A DNA stretch of 46,482 nt, from NCBI GenBank assembly GCA_944350285.1, contig CALVOL010000003.1:1-46482 (forward strand), given 5' to 3'. The notes under the pieces are model-generated. The model ran no database searches. It was not told the DNA's origin and was given only the letters and a program-made list of their open reading frames with translations. Source of the DNA: an uncultured Bacilli bacterium (GTDB taxonomy: Bacteria; Bacillota_I; Bacilli_A; RF39; UBA660). Below are positions 17,677-26,562 of the stretch, one piece after another. The position numbers and the translations under genes were made by a program. Numbering within the stretch: position 1 is the first letter of the stretch; each line of letters starts with the position of its first letter.

Positions 17677-19568
17677 ACCATATACTTGCAAACTAATGAG
17701 GCTATTTCAGTTGGATTTTCTACAGGAAGGCCTTCAATCATACGTGCTTGGGCATATAATACTTTGGCGTAATCTTCTAATTCTTTTTTATCTTTCTTAG
17801 ATAATTTTTTTAGTGTTTTAGCAATTTCATGATTTTGATTAATTTCTAGAACTTTGTTAGCTTTAATACCATTATTAATTGGCATAGAGCTTAGGGCTTT
17901 TTCCATTTCTACAGAAATATCTCCTTTACTACTCAAGCATACTGGATGCTCTTTTAATTTATTCGTAAATCTGATTTCTGATACTTCTGGAACAGACTCT
18001 TTCATAATATCGAATATGTCTTTGGCTTCTTCATTGGCTTTTTTTAATTCTTCTTTCTCTTCTTCTGTATCTAAATCCATCTTTTCGCCGCATACATTGA
18101 TGAAATCTTTTTCCATGTAGTTACGTAATGTCATAAAGACAAATTCATCTACTGGGTCGGTACAATAAAGCACTTCATACCCTTTTTCTGTAGCAGCAGA
18201 AACTTGTGGTAACATTTTTATTTTGTCAACAGTTTCTCCACAGGCATAGTAGATACTCTTTTGGTCTGTTTTCATTCTACTAACATAATCTTTTAATGTT
18301 GTTGTTTTATCTTCAAAAGAAGAATGATAGATTAATAAATCTTGAAGTTTGTCTTTGTTCATACCAAAATCGTTATAAATACCATATTTTAATTGTAAAC
18401 CAAAGTCTTTAAAGAACTTTTCATAATCTTCTTTGTTTTCTTCTAACATGGTTTCTAATTCTTTTTTTATCTTTGACTCAATAGAATTTGCAATTGTTTT
18501 TAAAATACGATTTTGTTGTAATGTTTCTCTTGAGATATTAAGTGTTAAATCTGGGCTATCCACTACACCTTTCATAAAACTAAAGTAATCTGGTAATAGG
18601 TCACTACATTTTTCCATAATTAAAACGCCGTTAGAATAAAGTTGTAATCCTTTTTCATAGTCTTTGGTGTAGAAGTCATATGGAGCATGACTAGGAATAT
18701 AAAGTAAAGCATTATATTCAAATGTTCCTTCTGCTTTGACATGAATATGTCTTAATGGTTTTTCATAATCATTAAATTTATCAGAATAGAATGTGTCATA
18801 ATCTTCATCACTGACTTTTTTCTTATCACGTCTCCAAATTGGTGTTAAAGAATTAATTACTTCTACTTCTGTTACTGTTTCATATTCATCTTCATCATTT
18901 TCGTTTTTCTTTTCTTTTAAATGCGTATGGCTTACTTCCATTTTAATTGGGTATGTAATGTAATCACTGTATTTACGTACTAAAGTTTCTATTTCATATG
19001 TTTCTAGATATTTTGAATAGTCTTCTTCTTCCGTATCTGGTTTGATTGCTAGGATAATATCTGTTCCATATCCTTCTTTTTCTTTTTTTGTAATTGTGTA
19101 TCCATCTACACCAGTTGATTCCCAAAGATAAGCTTCGTCACTGCCATATTTACGAGATAAAACTTCTACTTTTTCGGCTACCATAAAAGCTGAATAAAAA
19201 CCAACACCAAATTGTCCTATAATATCAATGTTTTTCTTGTGTTCGTTATCACTCTTAAATTCTTCTGACCCAGATTTGGCTATTGTACCTAAATTGTTTT
19301 CTAATTCGTCTTTATCCATACCAATTCCGTTGTCGCTTATAGTAAGAGTTCTATTTTCTTTGTTGATTGTAAGGAATATTTCAAAGTCTTTTTTATTTAC
19401 TTTGATACTCTTATCTGTTAGAGACATGTAATGCAGCTTATCAATCGCATCACTTGCATTCGATATGATTTCTCTTAAGAATATTTCTTTATTTGTATAA
19501 ATAGAATTAATCATTAAATCCATCAATTTTTTGGACTCTGTTTTAAATTGTTTTTTCATTTTCATCAC
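17670..19568 (-). CDS. htpG: molecular chaperone HtpG (Hsp90)
   Basis: SIYTNKEIFLREIISNASDAIDK, DNGIGM, IGQFGVGFYSAF, LNISRETLQ. Confidence 0.99.
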   Translation of the reverse strand: MMKMKKQFKTESKKLMDLMINSIYTNKEIFLREIISNASDAIDKLHYMSLTDKSIKVNKKDFEIFLTINKENRTLTISDNGIGMDKDELENNLGTIAKSGSEEFKSDNEHKKNIDIIGQFGVGFYSAFMVAEKVEVLSRKYGSDEAYLWESTGVDGYTITKKEKEGYGTDIILAIKPDTEEEDYSKYLETYEIETLVRKYSDYITYPIKMEVSHTHLKEKKNENDEDEYETVTEVEVINSLTPIWRRDKKKVSDEDYDTFYSDKFNDYEKPLRHIHVKAEGTFEYNALLYIPSHAPYDFYTKDYEKGLQLYSNGVLIMEKCSDLLPDYFSFMKGVVDSPDLTLNISRETLQQNRILKTIANSIESKIKKELETMLEENKEDYEKFFKDFGLQLKYGIYNDFGMNKDKLQDLLIYHSSFEDKTTTLKDYVSRMKTDQKSIYYACGETVDKIKMLPQVSAATEKGYEVLYCTDPVDEFVFMTLRNYMEKDFINVCGEKMDLDTEEEKEELKKANEEAKDIFDIMKESVPEVSEIRFTNKLKEHPVCLSSKGDISVEMEKALSSMPINNGIKANKVLEINQNHEIAKTLKKLSKKDKKELEDYAKVLYAQARMIEGLPVENPTEIASLVCKYMVK

Positions 19569-19581
19569 CTTTCACGAGTAT

Positions 19582-19624
19582 AGTGTAACACCATTTTTTA
19601 GCAATGTCAACGATTGAGTGCTAA
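19582..19624 (-). promoter_or_regulatory. htpG promoter with overlapping CIRCE (HrcA operator)
   Basis: Minus strand TTAGCACTC-N9-CATTGCTAA (19624-19598) versus consensus TTAGCACTC-N9-GAGTGCTAA. Overlaps TTGACA (19610-19605), 17 nt, TACACT (19587-19582). Confidence 0.9.
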
Positions 19625-19669
19625 TATTTCTGTAAAAAATAAACAAGAAAATATTTCGACATCTTTTTC

Positions 19670-19698
19670 TTGTAAAGCGAAAGTATGTTTGCTATAAT
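19670..19698 (+). promoter_or_regulatory. sigma-A promoter of the small toxin mRNA
   Basis: TTGTAA, 17 nt, TATAAT with an extended TG. Confidence 0.8.
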
Positions 19699-19769
19699 GA
19701 TTACGGATATATCTGAATGTCAGGTGTCTTTCCCTTTCCTATTTAACAAAATAGAAAGGGGTGGTGCTT

Positions 19770-19859
19770 ATGCGTAAAAGTGAAAAAAAATTATACAGCA
19801 TAATACACCATTTGTTAATAGTAATTTTTATATTACTATTAATAATAATTTTTAAATAG
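19770..19859 (+). CDS. putative type I toxin, 29-aa hydrophobic peptide
   Basis: MRKSEKKLYSIIHHLLIVIFILLLIIIFK*. Purine-rich RBS GAAAGGGGTGG partly sequestered in hairpin 19732-19760. Below the ORF-track size cut-off. Confidence 0.8.
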   Translation: MRKSEKKLYSIIHHLLIVIFILLLIIIFK

Positions 19860-19864
19860 ATATT

Positions 19865-19985
19865 TAAAAATTAAGGCACCTTAATCAACTTAGGTTGAGT
19901 CGGGTGCCGATCACAATAATATGGGATTGCATCTGATCATCACTTCAGATGTATCCTTTTTTATTTTATGAAATTTCTTTCATCT
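19865..19985 (-). ncRNA. putative antisense antitoxin RNA (approximate ends)
   Basis: Convergent promoter at 20020-19992; ends in a GGCACC...GGTGCC hairpin plus TTAATTTTT; overlaps the toxin mRNA 3' UTR. Confidence 0.65.
19923..19962 (+). terminator. terminator of the toxin mRNA
   Basis: GGATTGCATCTGA...TCAGATGTATCC followed by TTTTTT. Confidence 0.75.
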
Positions 19986-19991
19986 ATATAC

Positions 19992-20020
19992 ATAATAGCA
20001 TAAAATCAGCGCTTTTACAA
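19992..20020 (-). promoter_or_regulatory. sigma-A promoter of the antisense RNA
   Basis: TTGTAA, 17 nt, TATTAT with an extended TG. Confidence 0.7.
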
Positions 20021-20494
20021 GGTTTCATTTTTCATCAAATTATCTACGATATGATACATTTTATTTGGGTCTTTTATAATTTCTTTTATCTTAGTTGGAT
20101 AAATTTTATAGTTTTCAATTTTCTCAACGTCAATCCATTTGAATGTAATCCACTCACCTTCCAGACCGTGAAATTCTTGTTCTTTTATATCTCCAGTATA
20201 TATTGCTTTATATATTAAGTTTATTTGATGATGATTTAGTCCTTTGTCATGAACTAATTCTTCACTGATAGCGAGTAAATGAATACCCATAAGTCTCCAT
20301 CCTAGTTCTTCTTTTACTTTTCTTTTTAAAGCGTCGATACTTTCTTCATACTCATGTACTTTTCCGCCTACTAATAAGTGTGCTTCTCTTCCCTTTGCTT
20401 GGAAAACAAGAACTTTTGTCATATCTTTGTTAAAGATGCAGGCAGAAACACGATATTGAAAAGAAAAATTATTAGTTTGATAAGTAATATCCAT
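20015..20494 (-). CDS. NUDIX hydrolase
   Basis: FQYRVSACI; divergent Nudix box GGKVHEYEESIDALKRKVKEELG. Confidence 0.85.
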   Translation of the reverse strand: MDITYQTNNFSFQYRVSACIFNKDMTKVLVFQAKGREAHLLVGGKVHEYEESIDALKRKVKEELGWRLMGIHLLAISEELVHDKGLNHHQINLIYKAIYTGDIKEQEFHGLEGEWITFKWIDVEKIENYKIYPTKIKEIIKDPNKMYHIVDNLMKNETL

Positions 20495-20512
20495 CTGTAA
20501 TATAACCTCCGT

Positions 20513-21391
20513 TTATTTCCTTGGCATTTTCTTGAAATATTCTTGTCTTAAATAATCGCTGGTTAAATGCGTATATATTTGAGTCGTACTAAGTTTTTCG
20601 TGTCCTAATAATTCTTGAACCGTTCTAATATCTGCTCCATTTTCTAACATGTGTGTTGCAAAGGTATGGCGAAGAGTGTGGGCAGAAATGTGATGGTTTA
20701 AGGAAGCCTCCTCTACTCTCTTATAAATGATTTCTTCCGCTGTTCGACGGTTCATGGGGGTGCCATGTAAATTTAAAAACAGGTAGTCCGTTGGTTTTTT
20801 TATAAGTCTTTCTCGTACATTTAAATAATCTATAATAGCATCTTTGGCGTAATCACCAAAGAAGACAATCCGTTCCTTTTTTCCTTTTCCTAAAACACGG
20901 ATACTTTGTTCCGAAAAGTTTATATCTTTGAGTTTAATAGAAACGAGTTCGCTAATCCGTAATCCTGTTGCATAAAAAAGTTCAAATAAAGCTCTCGTCA
21001 TATAATCTTTTGGTTTTTCACATTCTGAAAACTTAAATAATTCACGAATTTCTTCATTATTTAAGACGTTTGGCAACTTTCTTTTGATTTTTGGGTTGTG
21101 AATCGTTTTAAAGATATTATTATCGATAAGTTCTTTTTGTTTTAAATAATTATAAAAGCTTCTAATCGCGCTGATATGACGAGAAATAGAAGTATTAGAA
21201 TAACCAAGAGTATCTAAATATTTTAAGTATTCCCAGATTTCATCTTTTGTGATTTTTTTAAAATCAATCTGATGTTCTTCTAAATAGTTTTGAAATTTGG
21301 CAAGTTCATTTTGATAGCCACTTATCGTATTATCACTGTAAGAACGAACATTTTTTATATAATTTAAATACTCCTCTGCTTGAGTTGTCAT
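20513..21391 (-). CDS. xerC: XerC/XerD-family tyrosine recombinase
   Basis: YSDNTISGY, LPNVL, YATGLRISEL, GKGKKER, HTLRHTFATHML, ELLGH, TTQIYTH; XerC versus XerD assignment is tentative. Confidence 0.9.
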   Translation of the reverse strand: MTTQAEEYLNYIKNVRSYSDNTISGYQNELAKFQNYLEEHQIDFKKITKDEIWEYLKYLDTLGYSNTSISRHISAIRSFYNYLKQKELIDNNIFKTIHNPKIKRKLPNVLNNEEIRELFKFSECEKPKDYMTRALFELFYATGLRISELVSIKLKDINFSEQSIRVLGKGKKERIVFFGDYAKDAIIDYLNVRERLIKKPTDYLFLNLHGTPMNRRTAEEIIYKRVEEASLNHHISAHTLRHTFATHMLENGADIRTVQELLGHEKLSTTQIYTHLTSDYLRQEYFKKMPRK

Positions 21392-21409
21392 ATCATTGCC
21401 CTTTCTATC

Positions 21410-21973
21410 TTATTTTTTGCTTTTTGCTAATACTCTTTTTATCGCTTCTTCTTGGCCTAACTTAATTGCATCTAGGATAAAGGCATTCTGTAAATCATAA
21501 AATTCACGAACTGTATTATAGCTTTTCGGAAAAATTATTCTGTGTGTTTGTTCAAATAGAGCACAATTTTGAATAGCTATTTCTAAAGTATCAATCCTTT
21601 GTTTTTCTAAATCTACATACACTCTGTATTCTGCTGTTGGATCATTATATTTTACTCTGATGCTTTCTGGCCCGCGAAGAACGTCCCTTGATGAACTATT
21701 CATGTAAGTTCCTAAGTATACAAAAATACTATTTGTTTCTTTGATATGATGAGAATTCATCGCATATGCCTCTGAGGCAAAATCCAAGCAATGTTCCTCT
21801 GTTATCTTTTTAGGTGAGAATTCTTCTATCTCCTGTTGTAGTCTTAAGTATTCTTGTACTAACGGGTGTTTTTCTAGTTCTTTTAAACGAGTCAATTCGT
21901 CAACATTCGTTTGGTATTCTTCCTTTAATTTAAAATAATCCCTTTTTATCTTTTCTAACATTTCTGGTTTCAT
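21410..21973 (-). CDS. hypothetical protein with N-terminal coiled coil
   Basis: Start reassigned to ATG 21973 (MKPEMLEK) behind GAAAGGAAG. Confidence 0.65.
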   Translation of the reverse strand: MKPEMLEKIKRDYFKLKEEYQTNVDELTRLKELEKHPLVQEYLRLQQEIEEFSPKKITEEHCLDFASEAYAMNSHHIKETNSIFVYLGTYMNSSSRDVLRGPESIRVKYNDPTAEYRVYVDLEKQRIDTLEIAIQNCALFEQTHRIIFPKSYNTVREFYDLQNAFILDAIKLGQEEAIKRVLAKSKK

Positions 21974-22112
21974 AACCCTACTTCCTTTCATGTCCATTTT
22001 AAGTTTTTTTTGGTTTCTTTGCAAGATTTTCTCGTTAATTTTTTGTGGAAGTTATAAATTCCAATGAAACTCTACTACTTTCGTGCTATAATAAAAAAGC
22101 GGAGGGTATTTT

Positions 22113-23456
22113 ATGTTAAGAGCATTACAAATTATTGTCAATAAATTTTTAACGTTTCTCTGTAAATTATTCCACAAAAACGGAACACAATTTCCAGGGG
22201 CAATCAGCTATAATATGAATCAAAAAGTTTTAGAAAGAATCAAGTATCCAAAATATGTAATTGGAGTAACAGGCTCTAGTGGGAAAGGAACTACGACGAA
22301 CTTGATTTATCATATCTTAAAAGATGCCGGATATGATGTGGTATATAATGAAACTGGTAGTAATGGAATTCGTGGAATTACTACCCTAATTTTAAATAAT
22401 TGTAATATTTTTGGAAAGTTTAAACATGAAGTCTTACTATTAGAATTAGATGAGAAACATCTTCATCTAGCATTCGGAAAAAATAAAATGACTCATTTGG
22501 TCGTGACAAATATTACAAGAGATCAACCAGCAAGAAATGGCTCACCAGACTTAATCTATGATGCTATTTTTAATGTAATTGATGAAAAAACTACATTACT
22601 ATTAAATGCGGATGATCCAAGCCTCATGCGAGTCAGCCTTACCTTCAATGGTAAAATCATCACTTATGGTGTTAATAAAACTAGAGACTCCTACTTAAAA
22701 AAGGAATGTTTCAGTGTCGACAATGCCTACTGTCCTGCCTGTCATAAAAAATTAATCTACTCCTATTATCACTATGGACATATCGGTTCTTATTATTGTC
22801 CTAACTGTGATTTTAAAAGAGGAAATCCGAATTTTGTTGCCAAAAACGTTGACTTAAAAAAAGGAATCTTTGAAATCAATCAAAATTCAATCCATCTAAA
22901 CAGAAATTTTCTATTTACTGTTTATGCTACAACGGCTGCCTATGCTCTCACAAAAACAATTGGTGTGAAAGAAAAAGATATTTTATATGCTTTAAATAAA
23001 GATATCACTCCAAGTAAACGAGGCAAGGAATTAAAGATGAATGATCGTCCAGTGATGATGTTAGAAAGTAAAAATGAAAATGCTTTAAGCTATTATCAAA
23101 GTTTAAAATATATTGCTAATGCTGATGGAAAAAAAACAGTCGTACTTGGTTTCGATAATGTTTCCAGAAGATACAAATACAATGACTTATCTTGGCTATG
23201 GGATGTAGAATTTGAATTATTAAACGAAGAGTCCATTACCAATATCGTTTTAATTGGCAGATTTAAATGGGATGTTCGTGTTCGCTTGAAATACGCAAGA
23301 ATCCCTGATAAAAAAATTATCATGCTAGAAGACATAAATGAATTTGGCAATGTCATCTCAAAAGAAACAAAAGGAAATATCTATACCATGGTGTGTTTCG
23401 ATATGACTGAAATCTTATTACATAAAATAAAGGAGTATCAAGATGGAAACAATTAA
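22113..23456 (+). CDS. murT: lipid II isoglutaminyl synthase subunit MurT (Mur ligase + DUF1727)
   Basis: GVTGSSGKGTT, TNITRDQ, LNADDP, CPAC...CPNC zinc finger, DLSWLWDVEF; overlaps the gatD start. Confidence 0.92.
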   Translation: MLRALQIIVNKFLTFLCKLFHKNGTQFPGAISYNMNQKVLERIKYPKYVIGVTGSSGKGTTTNLIYHILKDAGYDVVYNETGSNGIRGITTLILNNCNIFGKFKHEVLLLELDEKHLHLAFGKNKMTHLVVTNITRDQPARNGSPDLIYDAIFNVIDEKTTLLLNADDPSLMRVSLTFNGKIITYGVNKTRDSYLKKECFSVDNAYCPACHKKLIYSYYHYGHIGSYYCPNCDFKRGNPNFVAKNVDLKKGIFEINQNSIHLNRNFLFTVYATTAAYALTKTIGVKEKDILYALNKDITPSKRGKELKMNDRPVMMLESKNENALSYYQSLKYIANADGKKTVVLGFDNVSRRYKYNDLSWLWDVEFELLNEESITNIVLIGRFKWDVRVRLKYARIPDKKIIMLEDINEFGNVISKETKGNIYTMVCFDMTEILLHKIKEYQDGNN

Positions 23457-24195
23457 AATTGCGCATTTATACTATGATTTAATGAACCTTTATGGAGAAC
23501 ATGGTAATATACTTGCTCTTCGTCATCACTTAGAGGCTCATAAAGTTCGTGTGATTATTCATTACTTATCCATAGAAGATGAAATAGACTTTTCAAAATA
23601 TGATATCTTTTATATTGGCAGTGGAAACAAAGAATCTTTCTTTCTCGCCTTAGATGATGTTATGAAAAGAAAAGATGATTTTATCAATGCTTTTAAAAAG
23701 AAAAAATTCTTTTTTGTGACAGGAAATGCTCTTGATTTATTTGGGAAATGCTATCATACTTTAGATGGGGCTAAATATGAAACGTTAGGATTTTTCTCTT
23801 ACGAATCCTATGAAACAGATTTTCGAATCGTCGGCGAACAAGTATATGAAATGAACAAGTTAGACAAAGAAGTAATTGGCTTTCAAAACAGAAATTCGAC
23901 GATGAAATACGTGAATGATTCCCATCTATTTGATGTAAAAAATGGGACAGGTTATGTTCCGAAATCTATGGCTGAAGGAATTCACAAAAATCATTTTTAT
24001 GGCACGTACTTACTTGGACCATTATTTATTAGAAACCCATATTTTACAGAGTATATTGTTAGTGAAATATTAAAATCAAAAAAAATATCTTATACCCCTT
24101 ATGAAGATGAATTAGAAATCAAGGCTTATGAGGAGTATCAAAAGAATTTGCTCCATGAAGAAATTTCAGAAAAAAATGAAACTAAAGAAAATTAA
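23443..24195 (+). CDS. gatD: GatD/CobQ-like glutamine amidotransferase subunit, catalytic residues apparently lost
   Basis: IAHLYYDLMNLYGEHGN, DIFYIGSG, GFQNR, GTYLLGP, RNP; follows murT. Confidence 0.88.
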   Translation: METIKIAHLYYDLMNLYGEHGNILALRHHLEAHKVRVIIHYLSIEDEIDFSKYDIFYIGSGNKESFFLALDDVMKRKDDFINAFKKKKFFFVTGNALDLFGKCYHTLDGAKYETLGFFSYESYETDFRIVGEQVYEMNKLDKEVIGFQNRNSTMKYVNDSHLFDVKNGTGYVPKSMAEGIHKNHFYGTYLLGPLFIRNPYFTEYIVSEILKSKKISYTPYEDELEIKAYEEYQKNLLHEEISEKNETKEN

Positions 24196-24710
24196 AAAGG
24201 TTCTTTCCTGGTCTTTGGAAAGAGCCTTTTGTTTATCCAACTTTTTTGTTTTGAATTTTTGAACAATATATTTGGTTAGAAATGGTGTTAAGAAAGTTGT
24301 AACAAGCATGCAAATAGATATTTGAGAAATAGCGCTTGATAAATATATTTGATATTCTGGAATTATCTCGGCACATAAATAGCCAAATTGTAAGCCGACG
24401 ATTGGAAATAGCATCGCACTGCCATTTTTGAATAACTTTGTAAACTCATCATCAAGGTTTCCTAATAAAAATCCGAGTAAAAATGGACCGATTAAGAAAA
24501 TGACTGCTGTAATATCCATTGAACCTTCAAAGGATGTTAGAAACAATGTTGGGATATCGGTAAAATATATAGCTTAAGCCATAAGCCACGATAAGTTTGG
24601 TTGCTACTAACCCGAAACTCTTTTTGGATTTTTCTTTAAATCTTTTATTTTAATTTGAGTTCCAGCGAAGAAAATGATAAGTCCTAATAAACATGACATT
24701 CCTTCTGTTA
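24166..24710 (-). pseudogene. kdgT: 2-keto-3-deoxygluconate permease remnant
   Basis: Fragments LLGLIIFFAGTQIKIK, then after a frameshift GLVATKLIVAYG, then GPFLLGFLLGNLDDEF...SAISQISICMLVTTFLTPFLT resemble KdgT. Much shorter than a full permease and lacking the N-terminus. Confidence 0.7.
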
Positions 24711-24718
24711 TCTAAATA

Positions 24719-25366
24719 TTAGATATCACTCTTTTTTTCTTGTTCTCTTTGCATTTTTGAAAAGCTACAGCCACAGTAATCTTGACGATATAAATGATAA
24801 TCTTTGGAAAGCTCAATGCTTCTTTTATAACCATTTCTTTTTTTGAAATCGCTGTATAAATACTTCACATTGAATTCTTTTTGTAGCTCTTCCCCTATTT
24901 GGTTTAGGACTTCTGCATTTTTATACGGACTTACTGTTAGGCTGGTACCAAAATAATCAAAATGAAGTTCATGAGCTTTCAATACAGTTTTTAAAAGACG
25001 AAGACGGTAGCACTTTAAACATCGTGAGCCACCTTCTTTTTCGCTCTCTAGTCCTTTTGATAGCTGTATAAATTCTTCATGTTCATAGTCGCAATCCAAA
25101 AAATTGATTGGATATGGCATTGTTACTTCGCTTAAAAATCTTTTTTGTTCTTCTTTTCTTTTCAAGTATTCTTCTAACGGTTCTATATTAGGATTGTAAT
25201 AGAATACTGTGATATGAAAATACTTTGAAAGTCGTTCTATGACAGCCGAGGAACAAGGAGCACAACAAGTATGCAAAAGAAGAGTCGGAACGATTTCTAA
25301 CTCTTGGTTTTTTTCAATAATTTCTTGCATCCATTTATCATAATTTTTCTTTTCCATAAATATCAC
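24719..25366 (-). CDS. queH: epoxyqueuosine reductase QueH
   Basis: LLLHTCCAPCS, YYNPNIEP, EGGSRCLKCYRLRL, SPYKN, LYRQDYCGCSFS. Confidence 0.95.
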   Translation of the reverse strand: MIFMEKKNYDKWMQEIIEKNQELEIVPTLLLHTCCAPCSSAVIERLSKYFHITVFYYNPNIEPLEEYLKRKEEQKRFLSEVTMPYPINFLDCDYEHEEFIQLSKGLESEKEGGSRCLKCYRLRLLKTVLKAHELHFDYFGTSLTVSPYKNAEVLNQIGEELQKEFNVKYLYSDFKKRNGYKRSIELSKDYHLYRQDYCGCSFSKMQREQEKKSDI

Positions 25367-25388
25367 TAGTCCATATTATAGTCATATT

Positions 25389-25895
25389 CTATACTTTTTG
25401 CAAGGAATTCGAATCATCAATCTTATCTAACAAATTCTTTATAGTACTCTCCTTTTGGGGAACATCTTGTAATAACTCAGAAAGTAATTCTTGAGCTTTT
25501 TTTGACTTTAAAGTCATATACCCCGATTCGCGATAAAGATCTTCTATAATCACTTTATTAGAATGATACAATGCTTGATACAATTTTTTCTTATCTTTAT
25601 CCTCTTCTTTCTCTTTCAATTGTCGTAAAATCGCTACTTCTTTAATTTTATTTTGAATTACTTTTTTTAAAGCTTCAATCATCTCTTCAGTTTTTTCTTG
25701 TTCTTTCGGTAACTGTCTTGGAAGCATCGTAATCGCATGAGCTGGACAAGCCCTCATACAAGCTCCACAGCCAATGCAAACCTCCTTATCAATCTGCCCG
25801 GTTTCGTTATTTGTAGCTCCCGTCGGACACACAAATAGACATAAACAATCTTTGGAACATATTTTCAAATCACGATGAGCATAAACATTTGCCAT
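25389..25895 (-). CDS. 4Fe-4S ferredoxin-domain protein with C-terminal helical domain
   Basis: CSKDCLCLFVCP and CIGCGACMRACP. Confidence 0.85.
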   Translation of the reverse strand: MANVYAHRDLKICSKDCLCLFVCPTGATNNETGQIDKEVCIGCGACMRACPAHAITMLPRQLPKEQEKTEEMIEALKKVIQNKIKEVAILRQLKEKEEDKDKKKLYQALYHSNKVIIEDLYRESGYMTLKSKKAQELLSELLQDVPQKESTIKNLLDKIDDSNSLQKV

Positions 25896-25897
25896 TT

Positions 25898-26539
25898 CTA
25901 TGCCACCTCCAATATTTTAAAACTTGGCACTTTACAAATTGGACACACTTTTGGTGGTTCATCCCCAATATAGATAAACCCACAAATATCGCATACCCAA
26001 ATAGAAGTATCTTTAATATAATCTACTCCCTTTTCTTGATAAGTTTTAAGTAGAGCGTTTAATAAATTTGTACTTTTCGTAGCCCAAGTAAGAACTCTTT
26101 TCGCTCCCCTGTCTTGTGTGTTTTCTGCAACTTTCATAGCGTTTTCTAGTAAAGGAATATCTTCTTGAATCGAAGAAATCACCGTTTCAAAAGAAGCAGT
26201 TACTTTCTCAGATTTTTCCATAAAATAATCCGCTAGTTCTTGTAACAGTGCTTGCTCCTCATCTTGATATTGTTTTTCACATGCCTTGGCAAGATTAGAA
26301 CAAATAAAACTTTTTTCGTATAAGTCCATTTTTCTTAAAGGTTCAAACTCCTCATTTTTTTTAGAAGATACTTCTTCTTTTGATTCGGTAGAGCCATTTT
26401 CTTCTTCTACGAGCTCAAACATACTCTTTGGTGCTCCACACCACGGACAAGTCCAATCATCCGGCAAGTTTTCAAAAAAAATTTCTTCTTTTGAATCATC
26501 ATAGATATAGCCACATATTTTACAACGATATTTCTTCAT
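25898..26539 (-). CDS. double rubredoxin-domain protein with central helical bundle (rubrerythrin-like)
   Basis: CKICGYIYD...[11 protein letters not shown] and [10 protein letters not shown]...CPIC. Confidence 0.85.
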   Translation of the reverse strand: MKKYRCKICGYIYDDSKEEIFFENLPDDWTCPWCGAPKSMFELVEEENGSTESKEEVSSKKNEEFEPLRKMDLYEKSFICSNLAKACEKQYQDEEQALLQELADYFMEKSEKVTASFETVISSIQEDIPLLENAMKVAENTQDRGAKRVLTWATKSTNLLNALLKTYQEKGVDYIKDTSIWVCDICGFIYIGDEPPKVCPICKVPSFKILEVA

Positions 26540-26562
26540 AAATCACTCCTTCTTTCTATACT

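Noticed and set aside
20513-21391. Tyrosine recombinase as integrase of the 15432-16126 element or a prophage
   Set aside because: Size and motifs fit housekeeping XerC/D, it lies 4.4 kb outside the element, and no phage genes or att repeats were seen.
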